Source: Deltaproteobacteria bacterium (GTDB lineage: Bacteria; Desulfobacterota; Binatia; UTPRO1). From it: a stretch of 64,000 nucleotides of DNA. Below the pieces are notes generated by a model. That model worked only from the letters and a program-made list of their open reading frames with translations, had not been told where the DNA came from and did not search any database. The position numbers and the translations under genes were made by a program. This document shows, piece after piece, positions 47,146-56,745 of this stretch. Every line of letters begins with the position of its first letter. Position 1 is the stretch's first letter. Where the stretch lies: contig JAJCZP010000168.1 in the NCBI GenBank assembly GCA_029262315.1, positions 10,825 through 74,824 of the forward strand, written 5' to 3'.

Positions 47146-47417
47146 TCGTCCACCGGGTCGAGGGGCCTGGTGCGTAGGCCGCCCTCCGCCCCACCCTCGT
47201 GATCGCGCATGAGCACGTCGACGCGACGCTCGACGCCTGCGAGCTTCTCGTTCAGCACCCGGACGAGTGCCACTCCCTGCTCGAACGCCGCGAGGGAGTC
47301 CTCGAGCGAGAGGTCGCCCGACTCGAGACGCTGGACGGTGCTCTCCAGATCGCGGAGCGCCTCCTCGAACCGGAGGGCGTCGGGCGTCGGATTTTTGTCG
47401 GTCTTGCGTGGGCTCAT
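47142..47417 (-). CDS. xseB: exodeoxyribonuclease VII small subunit
   Basis: FEEALRDLESTVQRLESGDLSLEDSLAAFEQGVAL is the XseB pattern. 91 aa, upstream of ispA as in the classic xseB-ispA arrangement. Confidence 0.85.
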   Translation of the reverse strand: MSPRKTDKNPTPDALRFEEALRDLESTVQRLESGDLSLEDSLAAFEQGVALVRVLNEKLAGVERRVDVLMRDHEGGAEGGLRTRPLDPVDE

Positions 47418-47478
47418 TTAGCGCATCGCCGCCGTCGGACGGCTTACTCGAAACGACCGCGGATGCCAACGGGGAAGA

Positions 47479-48867
47479 TCACGCTGACGTCGGGTCGTCC
47501 CCGCCACTGCTCTCGATCCGGGCCCGCGCCCGTCCAGCTGCGAACCTGATCTCGACCTCGTCGCCCGCTGCCACTGCCGCCGCGTCTCGGACGACCGTCC
47601 GATCAGGGAGCGTCCGGGTAAGACTGTAACCGCGCTGCAGGACGGCAAGCGGGCTGAGGTCGTCGAGCGCCGAAGCCGCGCGCGCCACCCGGCCCCGCGC
47701 CTGCTGCACCACGTGCCCGGCGGCAAGCTGCAGGCGGCGCTCTACCGCGTCCAGGTGCGCCGCCAGCCCCGCGGTCCGCGTCCGCGGATCCTGCACGTGC
47801 AGGCGATGCCGGGCGCTGTCAACCGCCGTGCGCGCGGCATCGAGCAGTCCACCAAGGGCCTGCGTCGCGCGCACGGTGAGCCCTTCGATGCGAACCCGAC
47901 GCTCGAGCAAGGTCCGGCGCGGATCACGGAGGCGGCGACCGAGATCGTCTACCCGCCGACGCTCTCGCGTCGTCTGGCGCTCGACCGAGGCAACGAGCGC
48001 CGCCGTCGCGCGGGCGACGGTCGCCGCGAGGTCGACGACACGCGGCACCACGATCTCGGCGGCAGCCGTTGGTGTCGGCGCCCGGCGATCGGCAACCAGA
48101 TCGGCGATCGTAACATCGACCTCGTGCCCAACCGCCGAGATAACCGGAATGCGGGACGCCAAGATGGCACGCGCTACCCGTTCCTCGTTGAAGGGCCAAA
48201 GATCCTCGAGCGATCCACCCCCGCGCCCGACGATGAGCACTTCCACCCCCGGATAGGCATTCAAGTCGGCGATGGCGCGTACCAGGTCGTCCGCGGCGCC
48301 CTCGCCTTGCACCCGCGCGGAACTGACGACCACGTGGGCTCCCGGATGTCGCTCGTGGAGCACGACGAGGATGTCCCGAAGCGCCGCACCGCCAACAGCC
48401 GTGGCGATACCGATACGGTGTGGGAAGAACGGCAGCGGACGTTTGCGCTCCTCGGCGAAGAGCCCCTCGGCGGCGAGGCGTGCCTTCAACTGCTCGAAGG
48501 CGAGTTGCAGGGCGCCCCGCCCTTGGGGGTCCATCGTCTCGACGTAGAGCTGCATCTCACCCCGCGCCGGATAGACACTCACCTGCCCACGGACGATGAC
48601 CTCCTGACCGTCCGCCGGGGTAAAGACCAACGACTGCAGGGCGCTGCGAAACATCACGCACCGCACCTGACAGCGGTCGTCCTTCAACGTGAAGTAGGCG
48701 TGCCCGGACGGAGCACGGCGCAAGTTCGACACCTCGCCGGCAACCAGGACCTGCCCGACCTCGCGCTCGAGCGTGGCGCGCAGCAGCGTCGCCAGCTCGG
48801 TCACGGAGAGCGTCGGCGACAATCCGTGGGGTCCCAGGGATCGCGACGGGCGACGAGCGACCCTCAT
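47479..48867 (-). CDS. xseA: exodeoxyribonuclease VII large subunit
   Basis: N-terminal OB-fold (LSVTELATLLRATLEREVGQVLVAGEVSNLRRAPSGHAYFTLKD) and catalytic core (RGGGSLEDLWPFNEE). Confidence 0.85.
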   Translation of the reverse strand: MRVARRPSRSLGPHGLSPTLSVTELATLLRATLEREVGQVLVAGEVSNLRRAPSGHAYFTLKDDRCQVRCVMFRSALQSLVFTPADGQEVIVRGQVSVYPARGEMQLYVETMDPQGRGALQLAFEQLKARLAAEGLFAEERKRPLPFFPHRIGIATAVGGAALRDILVVLHERHPGAHVVVSSARVQGEGAADDLVRAIADLNAYPGVEVLIVGRGGGSLEDLWPFNEERVARAILASRIPVISAVGHEVDVTIADLVADRRAPTPTAAAEIVVPRVVDLAATVARATAALVASVERQTTRERRRVDDLGRRLRDPRRTLLERRVRIEGLTVRATQALGGLLDAARTAVDSARHRLHVQDPRTRTAGLAAHLDAVERRLQLAAGHVVQQARGRVARAASALDDLSPLAVLQRGYSLTRTLPDRTVVRDAAAVAAGDEVEIRFAAGRARARIESSGGDDPTSA

Positions 48868-48894
48868 CGCTCGCTCATCGCTCGCATGGCGTGC

Positions 48895-50253
48895 CTACTC
48901 CCGCTTGGCGAGAACCGTGCTGAACACGCGCCAGCTCTTCAGCAACTCGAGCGCGTGGTCGAGCTGTGGATCGCCTCCGAGCACGCCCTGCTCAGGTAGA
49001 CCCGGCTCGGCATCTTCCGCATCGTCCGCGTCCGCATCGGGCTCGGCCCGCGCCGGCTCGCTGCCACGCCCGCGCCCGTCGATATGCCCCGGCAGATTCA
49101 GCTCGCGCACGCCAGACGTGCGATCTTCATCGACGCGCGCCATCCGCACGTTCTCCATGACGATGTCGGGCTCGATGCCTTTTGCCTGAATGGAACGTCC
49201 GCTCGGCGTGTAGTAGCGCGCCGTCGTCAGTCGAAGTGCCGAACGGTCGTCGAGTGGAAGGATGGTCTGGACGGACCCCTTGCCAAACGTGGTCGTCCCG
49301 AGCACCAGGGCGCGCTTGTGGTCCTGCAACGCGCCGGCAACGATCTCGGAGGCGCTCGCGGTGCCGCCGTTCACGAGGATCACCATCGGGAAGTCGGGAT
49401 AGCTCCCGGTGCGATGGGCGAAGTACTTCTGCTTCTGATTGTCGAGACGCCCGTCGGTGTACACGATCAGGCCCGAGTCGAGGAACAGGTCGCTGACCTT
49501 GACGGCCTGGGTGAGCAGCCCGCCGGGATCGTTGCGAAGGTCGAGCACGAGCCCCTCGATCCCGTCGCTGCGTGTCCATTCCTCGAGTGCCCGCCCGACA
49601 TCGTTGGCGGTGCGCTCCTGAAACTGTGCGATCCGGATGTAGCCGTACCCGTCGTCGAGCGTCTTCGACTTGACGCTGCGGATCTTGATCACCTCGCGCA
49701 CGAGCGAAACGTCGAGCAGTCTGCCCACCCCTTCGCGACGCAAGGTCAGCTCGATCTTCGTGCCCTTCTTGCCGCGCATTTTCTTCACGGCCTCGAGCAA
49801 CGACATGTCTTTGGTGAACTCGCCGTCGATCTTGATGATCTGGTCGGCCGCCTGCATGCCGGCCCGGTGGGCTGGCGTGTCTTCGATCGGGGAGACCACC
49901 GTCAGCACACCATCGCGCAGCGTGATCTCGATACCGAGGCCCCCGAAGCTCCCCTTCGTGTCGACCTGCAACTCCTTGTAGAGATCCGGCGTCAGGTACG
50001 CGCTGTGGGGATCCAGCGACATGAGCATGCCGGTAATGGCGCCCTCGACCAGTTGCTCGGTCTCGATCTCCTCGACGTAGTTCTTCTGCACGATCGCGAG
50101 GATGTTGGTGAAGGCCTGCAACTCTTCATAGGCCGCATCCCTGCCAACCGCGCCCACATGCTCGACCACACGCCCGCCCGCAAGGAAGGTCAACAGGACC
50201 ACGAGCAACGCGACAAAGAACGTGACACCACGCCGTGAGGAGGCCATCGTCAT
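48895..50253 (-). CDS. ctpA: carboxyl-terminal processing protease (S41 family, PDZ domain)
   Basis: Signal/TM N-terminus, PDZ (GGLGIEITLRDGVLTVVSPIEDTPAHRAGMQAADQIIKIDG), and S41 catalytic region (ILVNGGTASASEIVAGALQD...). Confidence 0.85.
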   Translation of the reverse strand: MTMASSRRGVTFFVALLVVLLTFLAGGRVVEHVGAVGRDAAYEELQAFTNILAIVQKNYVEEIETEQLVEGAITGMLMSLDPHSAYLTPDLYKELQVDTKGSFGGLGIEITLRDGVLTVVSPIEDTPAHRAGMQAADQIIKIDGEFTKDMSLLEAVKKMRGKKGTKIELTLRREGVGRLLDVSLVREVIKIRSVKSKTLDDGYGYIRIAQFQERTANDVGRALEEWTRSDGIEGLVLDLRNDPGGLLTQAVKVSDLFLDSGLIVYTDGRLDNQKQKYFAHRTGSYPDFPMVILVNGGTASASEIVAGALQDHKRALVLGTTTFGKGSVQTILPLDDRSALRLTTARYYTPSGRSIQAKGIEPDIVMENVRMARVDEDRTSGVRELNLPGHIDGRGRGSEPARAEPDADADDAEDAEPGLPEQGVLGGDPQLDHALELLKSWRVFSTVLAKRE

Positions 50254-50321
50254 CCACTATACTAGACCCGCCCGCCGCCGCAAAGGAGTGTATCGGAGCT
50301 TCCGAGGATCGGGTGGAACCG

Positions 50322-51638
50322 CTACAGGCCCGTCCATTCTCCCGAATCGATCAGTCGGCGGACGGCGGTAAACGTCGTCGGAGTGCTCCAATGGTGGGGA
50401 CCGATCGTATGCGAGACCACCCGGCCATTGCGATCGATGAGGAAGGTCTCCGGGTAGCCGGTGACGCGGTAGCGGGAGGACACCTGGCGCTCCGGGTCGC
50501 GGAGCACGCGAAACGTCAGGGCCAAGGACTCGGCGAACGCGCGCACGTCGGCCCCATCACCCGTATCGGCGCTCACCGCCAACATCTCGAAGTCGGCGCC
50601 ACCGAAACGCTCGTACAACGCCTGCATCGACGGCATCTCCTGACGACAGGGCTCGCACCAGGTCGCCCATACGTTGACGAACACCACGCGACCTTTCAGG
50701 TTGGCGAGGCGCACGGTACGACCGTCGAGGTCACTGAGCGCGAAATCGGGTGCGGGCTTGCCGACCAGCGCACTGCCCTGCTCGCACCCCACGCCGACGA
50801 ACGCCAGGAGCATGAGCGCCGTGGCCTGGAGGCCGAAACCTCGCGTGCGCACCAATTGCAGGACGCCGATCGTCACCAGAACGATGCTGATGAGTTGGGC
50901 CTCGCTGAGCCCGTACGCGAGCTTCGGATTGAGTCGGATGAACTCGACGCAAAAGCGCACCGCGGGACTGAGGATGAGGTAGAGCCAGAACATCGTCCCC
51001 GGCCGGTGGGGGCGGTGGCGCAGCGACCAGAGGACCAGGAACACGGTCGTGTACCCCAGGGTTTCGTAGATCGGTGCCGGATGGACCAACACATCCGCCG
51101 GGAGACCGCTCGATTGTACCCAGGCATCCCAGCCAATGATCGCGTTCGGGAAACGCATCGCCCAGGGCAGCGTCGTCGGCGTTCCCCAGTCACCATCGCC
51201 CGCGAGCAGGCAGCCGATGCGGCCGATGGCCTGCCCAACGGCGAGCGCCGGAGCGCAGCAATCGACAATCACGCCCCACGGCAAGCCGCGGCGCCAGATG
51301 AACATCGACACGGTGGCGAAACCGCCAATGAGGCCGCCGTAGAAGACGAATCCTGCGCCCGTGAACACGAAGGCGAGAGGATCGGCAAGAAACCCCTTCC
51401 AGTCATCGACGAACGAGAGCAGGCGCGAACCGACCAATCCACCGACGGCCGCCCACAGCACGAAGGACGACGCGAGCTCTGGATCGAGCCGCTCGCGGCG
51501 CAACTCGCGCTCTACGACGTTCCCGGCAGCCAGGAACGCGATCGCCAACATGACCCCGAAGCTGTAGATCGTGATGGGTCCGATCGAAAAGATGATCGGG
51601 TGCACTGTCGGCGAAGCATATCGAAACGCCGCGCACAC
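50322..51638 (-). CDS. lgt: prolipoprotein diacylglyceryl transferase fused to C-terminal TlpA-like thioredoxin domain
   Basis: N-terminal ~280 aa are Lgt (HPIIFSIGPITIYSFGV..., ..GRIGCLLAGDGDWG..). C-terminal ~150 aa form a thioredoxin fold with WATWCEPC (CxxC) preceded by the lipobox-like VGVGCEQG. Confidence 0.8.
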   Translation of the reverse strand: MCAAFRYASPTVHPIIFSIGPITIYSFGVMLAIAFLAAGNVVERELRRERLDPELASSFVLWAAVGGLVGSRLLSFVDDWKGFLADPLAFVFTGAGFVFYGGLIGGFATVSMFIWRRGLPWGVIVDCCAPALAVGQAIGRIGCLLAGDGDWGTPTTLPWAMRFPNAIIGWDAWVQSSGLPADVLVHPAPIYETLGYTTVFLVLWSLRHRPHRPGTMFWLYLILSPAVRFCVEFIRLNPKLAYGLSEAQLISIVLVTIGVLQLVRTRGFGLQATALMLLAFVGVGCEQGSALVGKPAPDFALSDLDGRTVRLANLKGRVVFVNVWATWCEPCRQEMPSMQALYERFGGADFEMLAVSADTGDGADVRAFAESLALTFRVLRDPERQVSSRYRVTGYPETFLIDRNGRVVSHTIGPHHWSTPTTFTAVRRLIDSGEWTGL

Positions 51639-51706
51639 TACCAGGCGGGTGGTGCCGACCCGATGCCCATTTGCGTCAACGTCCCCGCCCCGCCTAAAGT
51701 TGGCGC

Positions 51707-52168
51707 GTGGTACAGGGCGGCTTTTGGGCAGTTTCGTCGGGCAAGATCAGCTTCCGGGCAGACGGACGCTGGTATTCGGACGACGAGCCGATCAACAACC
51801 CACGCATCGCCAAGCTGTTCAGCAAGTGCCTGAGCCAGGGTGAAGACGGCCGCTGGCAGATCGCCATGGCCGACGAGCGAGCGTTCGTCGAGATCGAGGA
51901 CACCCCCTGGGTCGTCACCTCGGCAAGCACTGCCGCCGACGCCGGCTGGACGCTGCACCTGAACGACGACACGGAGGAATCGCTGGACCCGAGCACCCTC
52001 GTGAGCGGAGCCGGGCACGTGCTCTACGCCACAGTGAAGGGTGGCCGCTACCCGGCGCGTTTTCTACGCCCGGCCTACTACCAGCTGGCCGCCGCGTTTC
52101 AGGACGATGACGGACATGTCGTGCTCCCGAGCCGCGGCCAGCGGTACACCATCGCCTCACGCGCCTGA
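51707..52168 (+). CDS. conserved hypothetical protein (small; DUF1285-like pattern)
   Basis: GTG start. DGRWYSDDEPINNPRIAKLF motif. Its stop overlaps the trmL start. Confidence 0.45.
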   Translation: MVQGGFWAVSSGKISFRADGRWYSDDEPINNPRIAKLFSKCLSQGEDGRWQIAMADERAFVEIEDTPWVVTSASTAADAGWTLHLNDDTEESLDPSTLVSGAGHVLYATVKGGRYPARFLRPAYYQLAAAFQDDDGHVVLPSRGQRYTIASRA

Positions 52169-52614
52169 TGCACGTCGCCCTGGTTGAACCGGAAATTCCC
52201 CCCAATACTGGCTCGATCGCCCGATTGTGCGCCGCCACCGAGACGTCCCTGCACCTGATCGGGCAGCTCGGATTCAAGATCGACGACCGCCACCTCAAGC
52301 GCGCCGGACTGGACTACTGGCCATTCGTCACCGTCACCCAGCATACGAGCTGGGCGACATTCCGTGCGGCGGTCCCCGGACGCCGACTGGCCTTCTCGGC
52401 GCAGGCCACGACGCCCTACACCGCCATCCGATTCGCCAGCGACGACATCCTGGTCTTTGGGGGCGAAACCCGCGGCCTGCCCGCGATCATCAAGGACGAG
52501 CTGGCCGCCGACCTGTACACAATCCCGATGACGAGTTCGCACGTGCGAAGCCTGAACCTGGCCAATGCGGTTTCGATCGTCCTCTACGAGGGCCTGCGCC
52601 AGCTGGGACTATGA
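52168..52614 (+). CDS. trmL: tRNA (cytidine/uridine-2'-O)-methyltransferase TrmL (SpoU family)
   Basis: MHVALVEPEIPPNTGSIARLCAATETSLHLI...LVFGGETRGLP...SLNLANAVSIVLYE are SPOUT motifs. 148 aa. Confidence 0.8.
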   Translation: MHVALVEPEIPPNTGSIARLCAATETSLHLIGQLGFKIDDRHLKRAGLDYWPFVTVTQHTSWATFRAAVPGRRLAFSAQATTPYTAIRFASDDILVFGGETRGLPAIIKDELAADLYTIPMTSSHVRSLNLANAVSIVLYEGLRQLGL

Positions 52615-52691
52615 GGCTGGCACGGGGTCAATTGAATACCCGGACCGCTTCCAGTACACAGTGAATAGGCCCTCCTGACCTTGGCACCGGC

Positions 52692-54167
52692 TTGGGAGGC
52701 CGGAGCTCGGGTCCCATGCGACAGGTTCTGACCCTCGGTATCGTCGCTTCGTGGGTCGTCATGGCGACATTGCTGGTCCAACGCCATGCACGACCAAGCG
52801 CGGAGCCGTTGATGCTGCCCACGGCAGCAACGCTCGACGAACGAGACGAATGGTTCGGGGTCTACGCCGAGGGTCGCAAGATCGGCCACGCGCACCGGGT
52901 GACCGCTCGCACCGAGGACGGCTACGCCTTCTATGAGGACTCGGTCGTCGCGCTCGCCATGCTGGGCGTCCCACAGACGCTCCGGACCGCGCTCGCCACC
53001 GAGACCGACGATACCTTCGCCCTGCGGAGCTTCACCTTCACGCTGACGTCGCCGGCCACCGAATTCAGCGCCCATGGCACCAGCGACGGACACCGCCTCG
53101 ATGTCACCTACGGCGCGGCCGGCCACGAGGCCGAGCTCAGCCTCCCGCTCGACGACCCAATCCACCTGCCGAGCACGCTTCGGCCACACGTCCTGGCGGC
53201 AGCTCCCGCCCCGGGAACACGCTACACCCTGCCCGTCTTCAGCCCGATGACACTCGGCAACGAACCCATGACCGTGACGATCGAGGGACGCGAGCAGCTC
53301 CCCGGCACCGTAGGGGCCCCCGAGGCCCTAAAGCTGTCCGAGGAGTACGGCGGCGTCCGCACCACGGTCTGGTTGGATGACACCGGGGCCGTGCTCCGGG
53401 AGACCACGGCGCTGGGATTCGCGCTCGAACGCGAGCCGCGCGCCATGGCACTGCGCGGGGCCGACGACCACGCCCCGATCGATCTGGTCACGGTCAGTCG
53501 CATCCCGCTCACCGGCACGATCCCGTCGCCACGCGGCGCGGCCCTGCTGAAGCTCCGCGTGACCGGCGCCGGACGAACGACGATCCCCAACGCCCCGCCA
53601 CGGCAGCACCTGCGCCGCGATCTCCTGCGCGTAGTCCGAGAGCCGATGCCCGTGGCCGCGCCGCTCGACGAGATGCGCCAGGCCTCACTCGCCCCGTACC
53701 TCCTCGCCGCCCCGCTCATCGAAGCCGACGATCCCGAGATCGCCGCCCGGGCGCGGGCCATCGTCGGGGACACCGACGATGGCGTCGTTGCGGCCCGCCG
53801 CCTGGTCCACTGGGTCTACGCCCACGTGGCCAAGGAGCCGAGCGTCACCGTCCCGAGTGCCCGCGCCGTGCTTGCGGCCGGGCGGGGCGATTGCAATGAA
53901 CACGCCGTACTTCTGACGGCCCTGGCGCGGGCCAGCGGCATCCCGGCCCGGATGGTCGCCGGCGCGGTGTATGCCAACGACGGATTCTACTATCACGCAT
54001 GGACGGAGCTTTGGCTGGGAGCATGGATCAGCGCCGATGCGGTGTTCGATCAGCTCCCCGTCGATGCGACGCACGTGAAGCTCATGGATGGAGGACCCGA
54101 ACGCCATATCGCCCTGGTCAGCGTCATCGGGCGTCTGGCGTTCGAGGTGGAGGGGGTGTCGTCATGA
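52692..54167 (+). CDS. transglutaminase-like domain membrane protein
   Basis: N-terminal TM helix. C-terminal GRGDCNEHAVLLTALARASGIPAR (catalytic Cys), FYYHAWTE (His), and ..D forming the transglutaminase-like Cys-His-Asp triad. Its stop overlaps the ABC ATPase start (ATGA). Confidence 0.7.
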   Translation: MGGRSSGPMRQVLTLGIVASWVVMATLLVQRHARPSAEPLMLPTAATLDERDEWFGVYAEGRKIGHAHRVTARTEDGYAFYEDSVVALAMLGVPQTLRTALATETDDTFALRSFTFTLTSPATEFSAHGTSDGHRLDVTYGAAGHEAELSLPLDDPIHLPSTLRPHVLAAAPAPGTRYTLPVFSPMTLGNEPMTVTIEGREQLPGTVGAPEALKLSEEYGGVRTTVWLDDTGAVLRETTALGFALEREPRAMALRGADDHAPIDLVTVSRIPLTGTIPSPRGAALLKLRVTGAGRTTIPNAPPRQHLRRDLLRVVREPMPVAAPLDEMRQASLAPYLLAAPLIEADDPEIAARARAIVGDTDDGVVAARRLVHWVYAHVAKEPSVTVPSARAVLAAGRGDCNEHAVLLTALARASGIPARMVAGAVYANDGFYYHAWTELWLGAWISADAVFDQLPVDATHVKLMDGGPERHIALVSVIGRLAFEVEGVSS

Positions 54168-54916
54168 TCGAATTCGTGGAGCTGCGCAAAGAGTTCGGCA
54201 CGAGTACCGTCGTCGAAGATCTCGACCTGATCATCCCGGCGGGCGAGATCTTCGGCTTTCTCGGGCCGAACGGAGCCGGCAAAACGACCACCATCAAGAT
54301 GATGATGGGCGTGCTCGAGCCGACATCGGGTACCGTCATCCTGAACGGCCACGACATCGCGAAGGCGCCCGAGGAAGCGAAAGCGCAGACGGGATACGTC
54401 CCCGACCAGCCCGCGCTCTACGACAAGCTGACCGGGATGGAGTTCCTGCGCTTCGTCGGCGGATTGTACGGACTCGATCGCGGCGACATCGATGAGCGCG
54501 CCCGCGACCTGCTCGAAGAGTTCGACATGCTGGCACGCGCAGAGGAGCTCATCGAGACCTACTCCCACGGCATGAAGCAGCGCCTGACCTTGAGTGCCGC
54601 GCTCATGCACCGGCCCCGCATCCTGGTCCTCGACGAGCCCATGGTCGGCCTCGACCCCCAAGGGGGACTCGAGCTCCGGCAGATCTTGCTGGCCCTCGCC
54701 GCTGGCGGCGTGACCGTGTTTCTCTCGACGCACAGCCTGAGCGTCGCCGAGGAACTCTGCGACCGAATCGGCATCCTCGATGCGGGCCGACTCGTTGCAC
54801 TCGGGAGTCTCGACGAGCTCCAATCCCGCGCGGCCCTCCGGCCGGAAACGGCGCCGCGCGACGCCTCGCTCGAGTCTGTGTTCCTACGACTCACCGGCAC
54901 GGAGGATCGCGAGTGA
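54164..54916 (+). CDS. ABC transporter ATP-binding protein
   Basis: GPNGAGKTT is Walker A. YSHGMKQRL is the signature. ILVLDEP is Walker B. LSTHS is the H-loop. Confidence 0.9.
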   Translation: MIEFVELRKEFGTSTVVEDLDLIIPAGEIFGFLGPNGAGKTTTIKMMMGVLEPTSGTVILNGHDIAKAPEEAKAQTGYVPDQPALYDKLTGMEFLRFVGGLYGLDRGDIDERARDLLEEFDMLARAEELIETYSHGMKQRLTLSAALMHRPRILVLDEPMVGLDPQGGLELRQILLALAAGGVTVFLSTHSLSVAEELCDRIGILDAGRLVALGSLDELQSRAALRPETAPRDASLESVFLRLTGTEDRE

Positions 54917-56601
54917 GTCGCGGTCCGTCGCTCGGGCTGCTGGTCGCCCCCCGCCTGCTCGCCGCGCGCCACGCACTCCGACGGAGCTACCTCAAGGCCG
55001 TGGTGCTGGTCGCCTTCACGGCGGCGTTCTGGGTCGGCTGCTTCACGTTCTTCACCAACGTCCTCGAGTTCTTCCAGACGGTCACGGCACTCGGCCCACT
55101 GCTGACGCAGCGACTGCTGGTGATGATCCTGGTGAGCTTCTTCGCGATTCTGACGATCAGTAACATCGTCACGGCTCTCACGACGTTCTACCTCGCCAAC
55201 GACGTCCGATTTCTCCTCGCCGCTCCCGTCAGTCGGCGCCGGCTCCATCAAGCCCGCTTCACCGAAACTCTGGTTGCATCATCGTGGATGGTCTTGCTCT
55301 TCGGCCTGCCAGTCTTCCTGGCATACGGCGTCGTCTACCAGGCGGGCCCGCTCTTCTATGGAGCGGCGCTGGCAACCATGCTGCTGCTCCTCATCCTGTG
55401 CGCGGCCCTCGGCGTGATCATCACCACCGGGCTGGTCCTGGTGTTTCCAGCGCGACGCACGCGCGATGCGCTCCTCGTCATCACCGTGGCCCTTGTCGCT
55501 GGTGGCTACATGACGCTCCGCCTGCTCCAACCAGAGCGCCTCGCGGACCCCACGGAGATGGCGGGCTTCATGGCATTTCTCACGAGCTTCGAGGCCCCGT
55601 CCTCGCCCTACCTGCCAACGACATGGGCGGCCGAGGTCCTGATCCCGCTCCTTGGCGACCGCGGCGGCGATCCCCTCTTCTATCTGGGCATGTTGCTGAC
55701 GACGACGGCGGTCGCCTACCTGGCAAGTGCCGGCCTCGTGGCGTCGCTGTATCTCAAGGCTTGGACCCGCGCCCAGGAGGGCGAAGCGCGGAGCGGCGGC
55801 CGGCGGCGACTCGCCTCGTGGCTCCGACCGCTCGCCGCCCCGCTCCCGCGCACGTCGGGTCTTCTACTCGTCAAAGACCTGACGGTGTTTTTCCGAGACC
55901 CCAGCCAGTGGTCGCAGCTGCTCCTGCTGCTGGCGCTCGTGGTCGTCTACATCTACAATTTCTCCGCACTCCCGATCGACGACGGAACGCCGCTCGCCGC
56001 AACGCTCCGCGAAGTCGTGGCGTTCGCGAATCTGGCCCTGGCCGCTTTCGTCATCGCGGCCGTGGCCGTCCGCTTCGTCTACCCTGTCGTCAGTCTCGAA
56101 GGCCGCGCGTGGTGGGTACTCCGAGCGGCACCTCTGTCGCTTCGGACCCTGTGGTGGAGCAAATTCTGGATCGCGTTCCTGCCGCTGGCGACCCTCGGCG
56201 AGATCCTGATCGTCGTTACGGGCCGGTTCCTTGGGGTGGCCCCAGAGCAGACCGTCGTATTCATGGCCACCCTGCTGCTGCTGATCGCGGCCATCGTCAG
56301 TCTCGGGCTCGCGTTCGGCGCGGCCTATCCCAGACTCGACACGCAGAACGCGGCCCAAATCGCCACCGGCTTCGGCGGCGTGATCTACATGGTCTCCTGT
56401 CTCGGCCTGATTGCCGTGGTCGTCGCCCTCGAGGCCTGGCCGGTTTCGCGCCTGTTCTGGCATCAGTTCGCGCCGTTCCCGGTCACGACGGGTGAGCAGG
56501 CAGCCATCGGCATCGCCTTTGCTGGCGTCGCCGTAGTGACGATTGTGACCTGGGCCGTCGCCCGAAGCACGGCCATCCGGCACTTCGCGCGCCTCGGCTG
56601 A
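54913..56601 (+). CDS. ABC transporter permease ('putative ABC exporter' family), polytopic membrane protein
   Basis: About 12 hydrophobic helices. Its start overlaps the ATPase stop. Architecture is typical of the ABC_exp family paired with a single NBD gene. Confidence 0.7.
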   Translation: MSRGPSLGLLVAPRLLAARHALRRSYLKAVVLVAFTAAFWVGCFTFFTNVLEFFQTVTALGPLLTQRLLVMILVSFFAILTISNIVTALTTFYLANDVRFLLAAPVSRRRLHQARFTETLVASSWMVLLFGLPVFLAYGVVYQAGPLFYGAALATMLLLLILCAALGVIITTGLVLVFPARRTRDALLVITVALVAGGYMTLRLLQPERLADPTEMAGFMAFLTSFEAPSSPYLPTTWAAEVLIPLLGDRGGDPLFYLGMLLTTTAVAYLASAGLVASLYLKAWTRAQEGEARSGGRRRLASWLRPLAAPLPRTSGLLLVKDLTVFFRDPSQWSQLLLLLALVVVYIYNFSALPIDDGTPLAATLREVVAFANLALAAFVIAAVAVRFVYPVVSLEGRAWWVLRAAPLSLRTLWWSKFWIAFLPLATLGEILIVVTGRFLGVAPEQTVVFMATLLLLIAAIVSLGLAFGAAYPRLDTQNAAQIATGFGGVIYMVSCLGLIAVVVALEAWPVSRLFWHQFAPFPVTTGEQAAIGIAFAGVAVVTIVTWAVARSTAIRHFARLG

Positions 56602-56745
56602 CCTACGCGCAGAGCGCCGCATGCGAGTTGCGTGGGCGGCTGCGTGCGGACTTCTCCGGGTGCCACCTCAAGTCGTCCCCGATTCGTTCCGATAAGCATG
56701 TCGCAACGGGAACGCGACAGCACCGCCTGACATGTCACACGCGAT

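Noticed and set aside
47713-51833. three long plus-strand ORFs (428, 384, 532 aa)
   Set aside because: They are antisense to xseA, ctpA and the lgt fusion respectively. All are Arg/Glu/Gly-rich.
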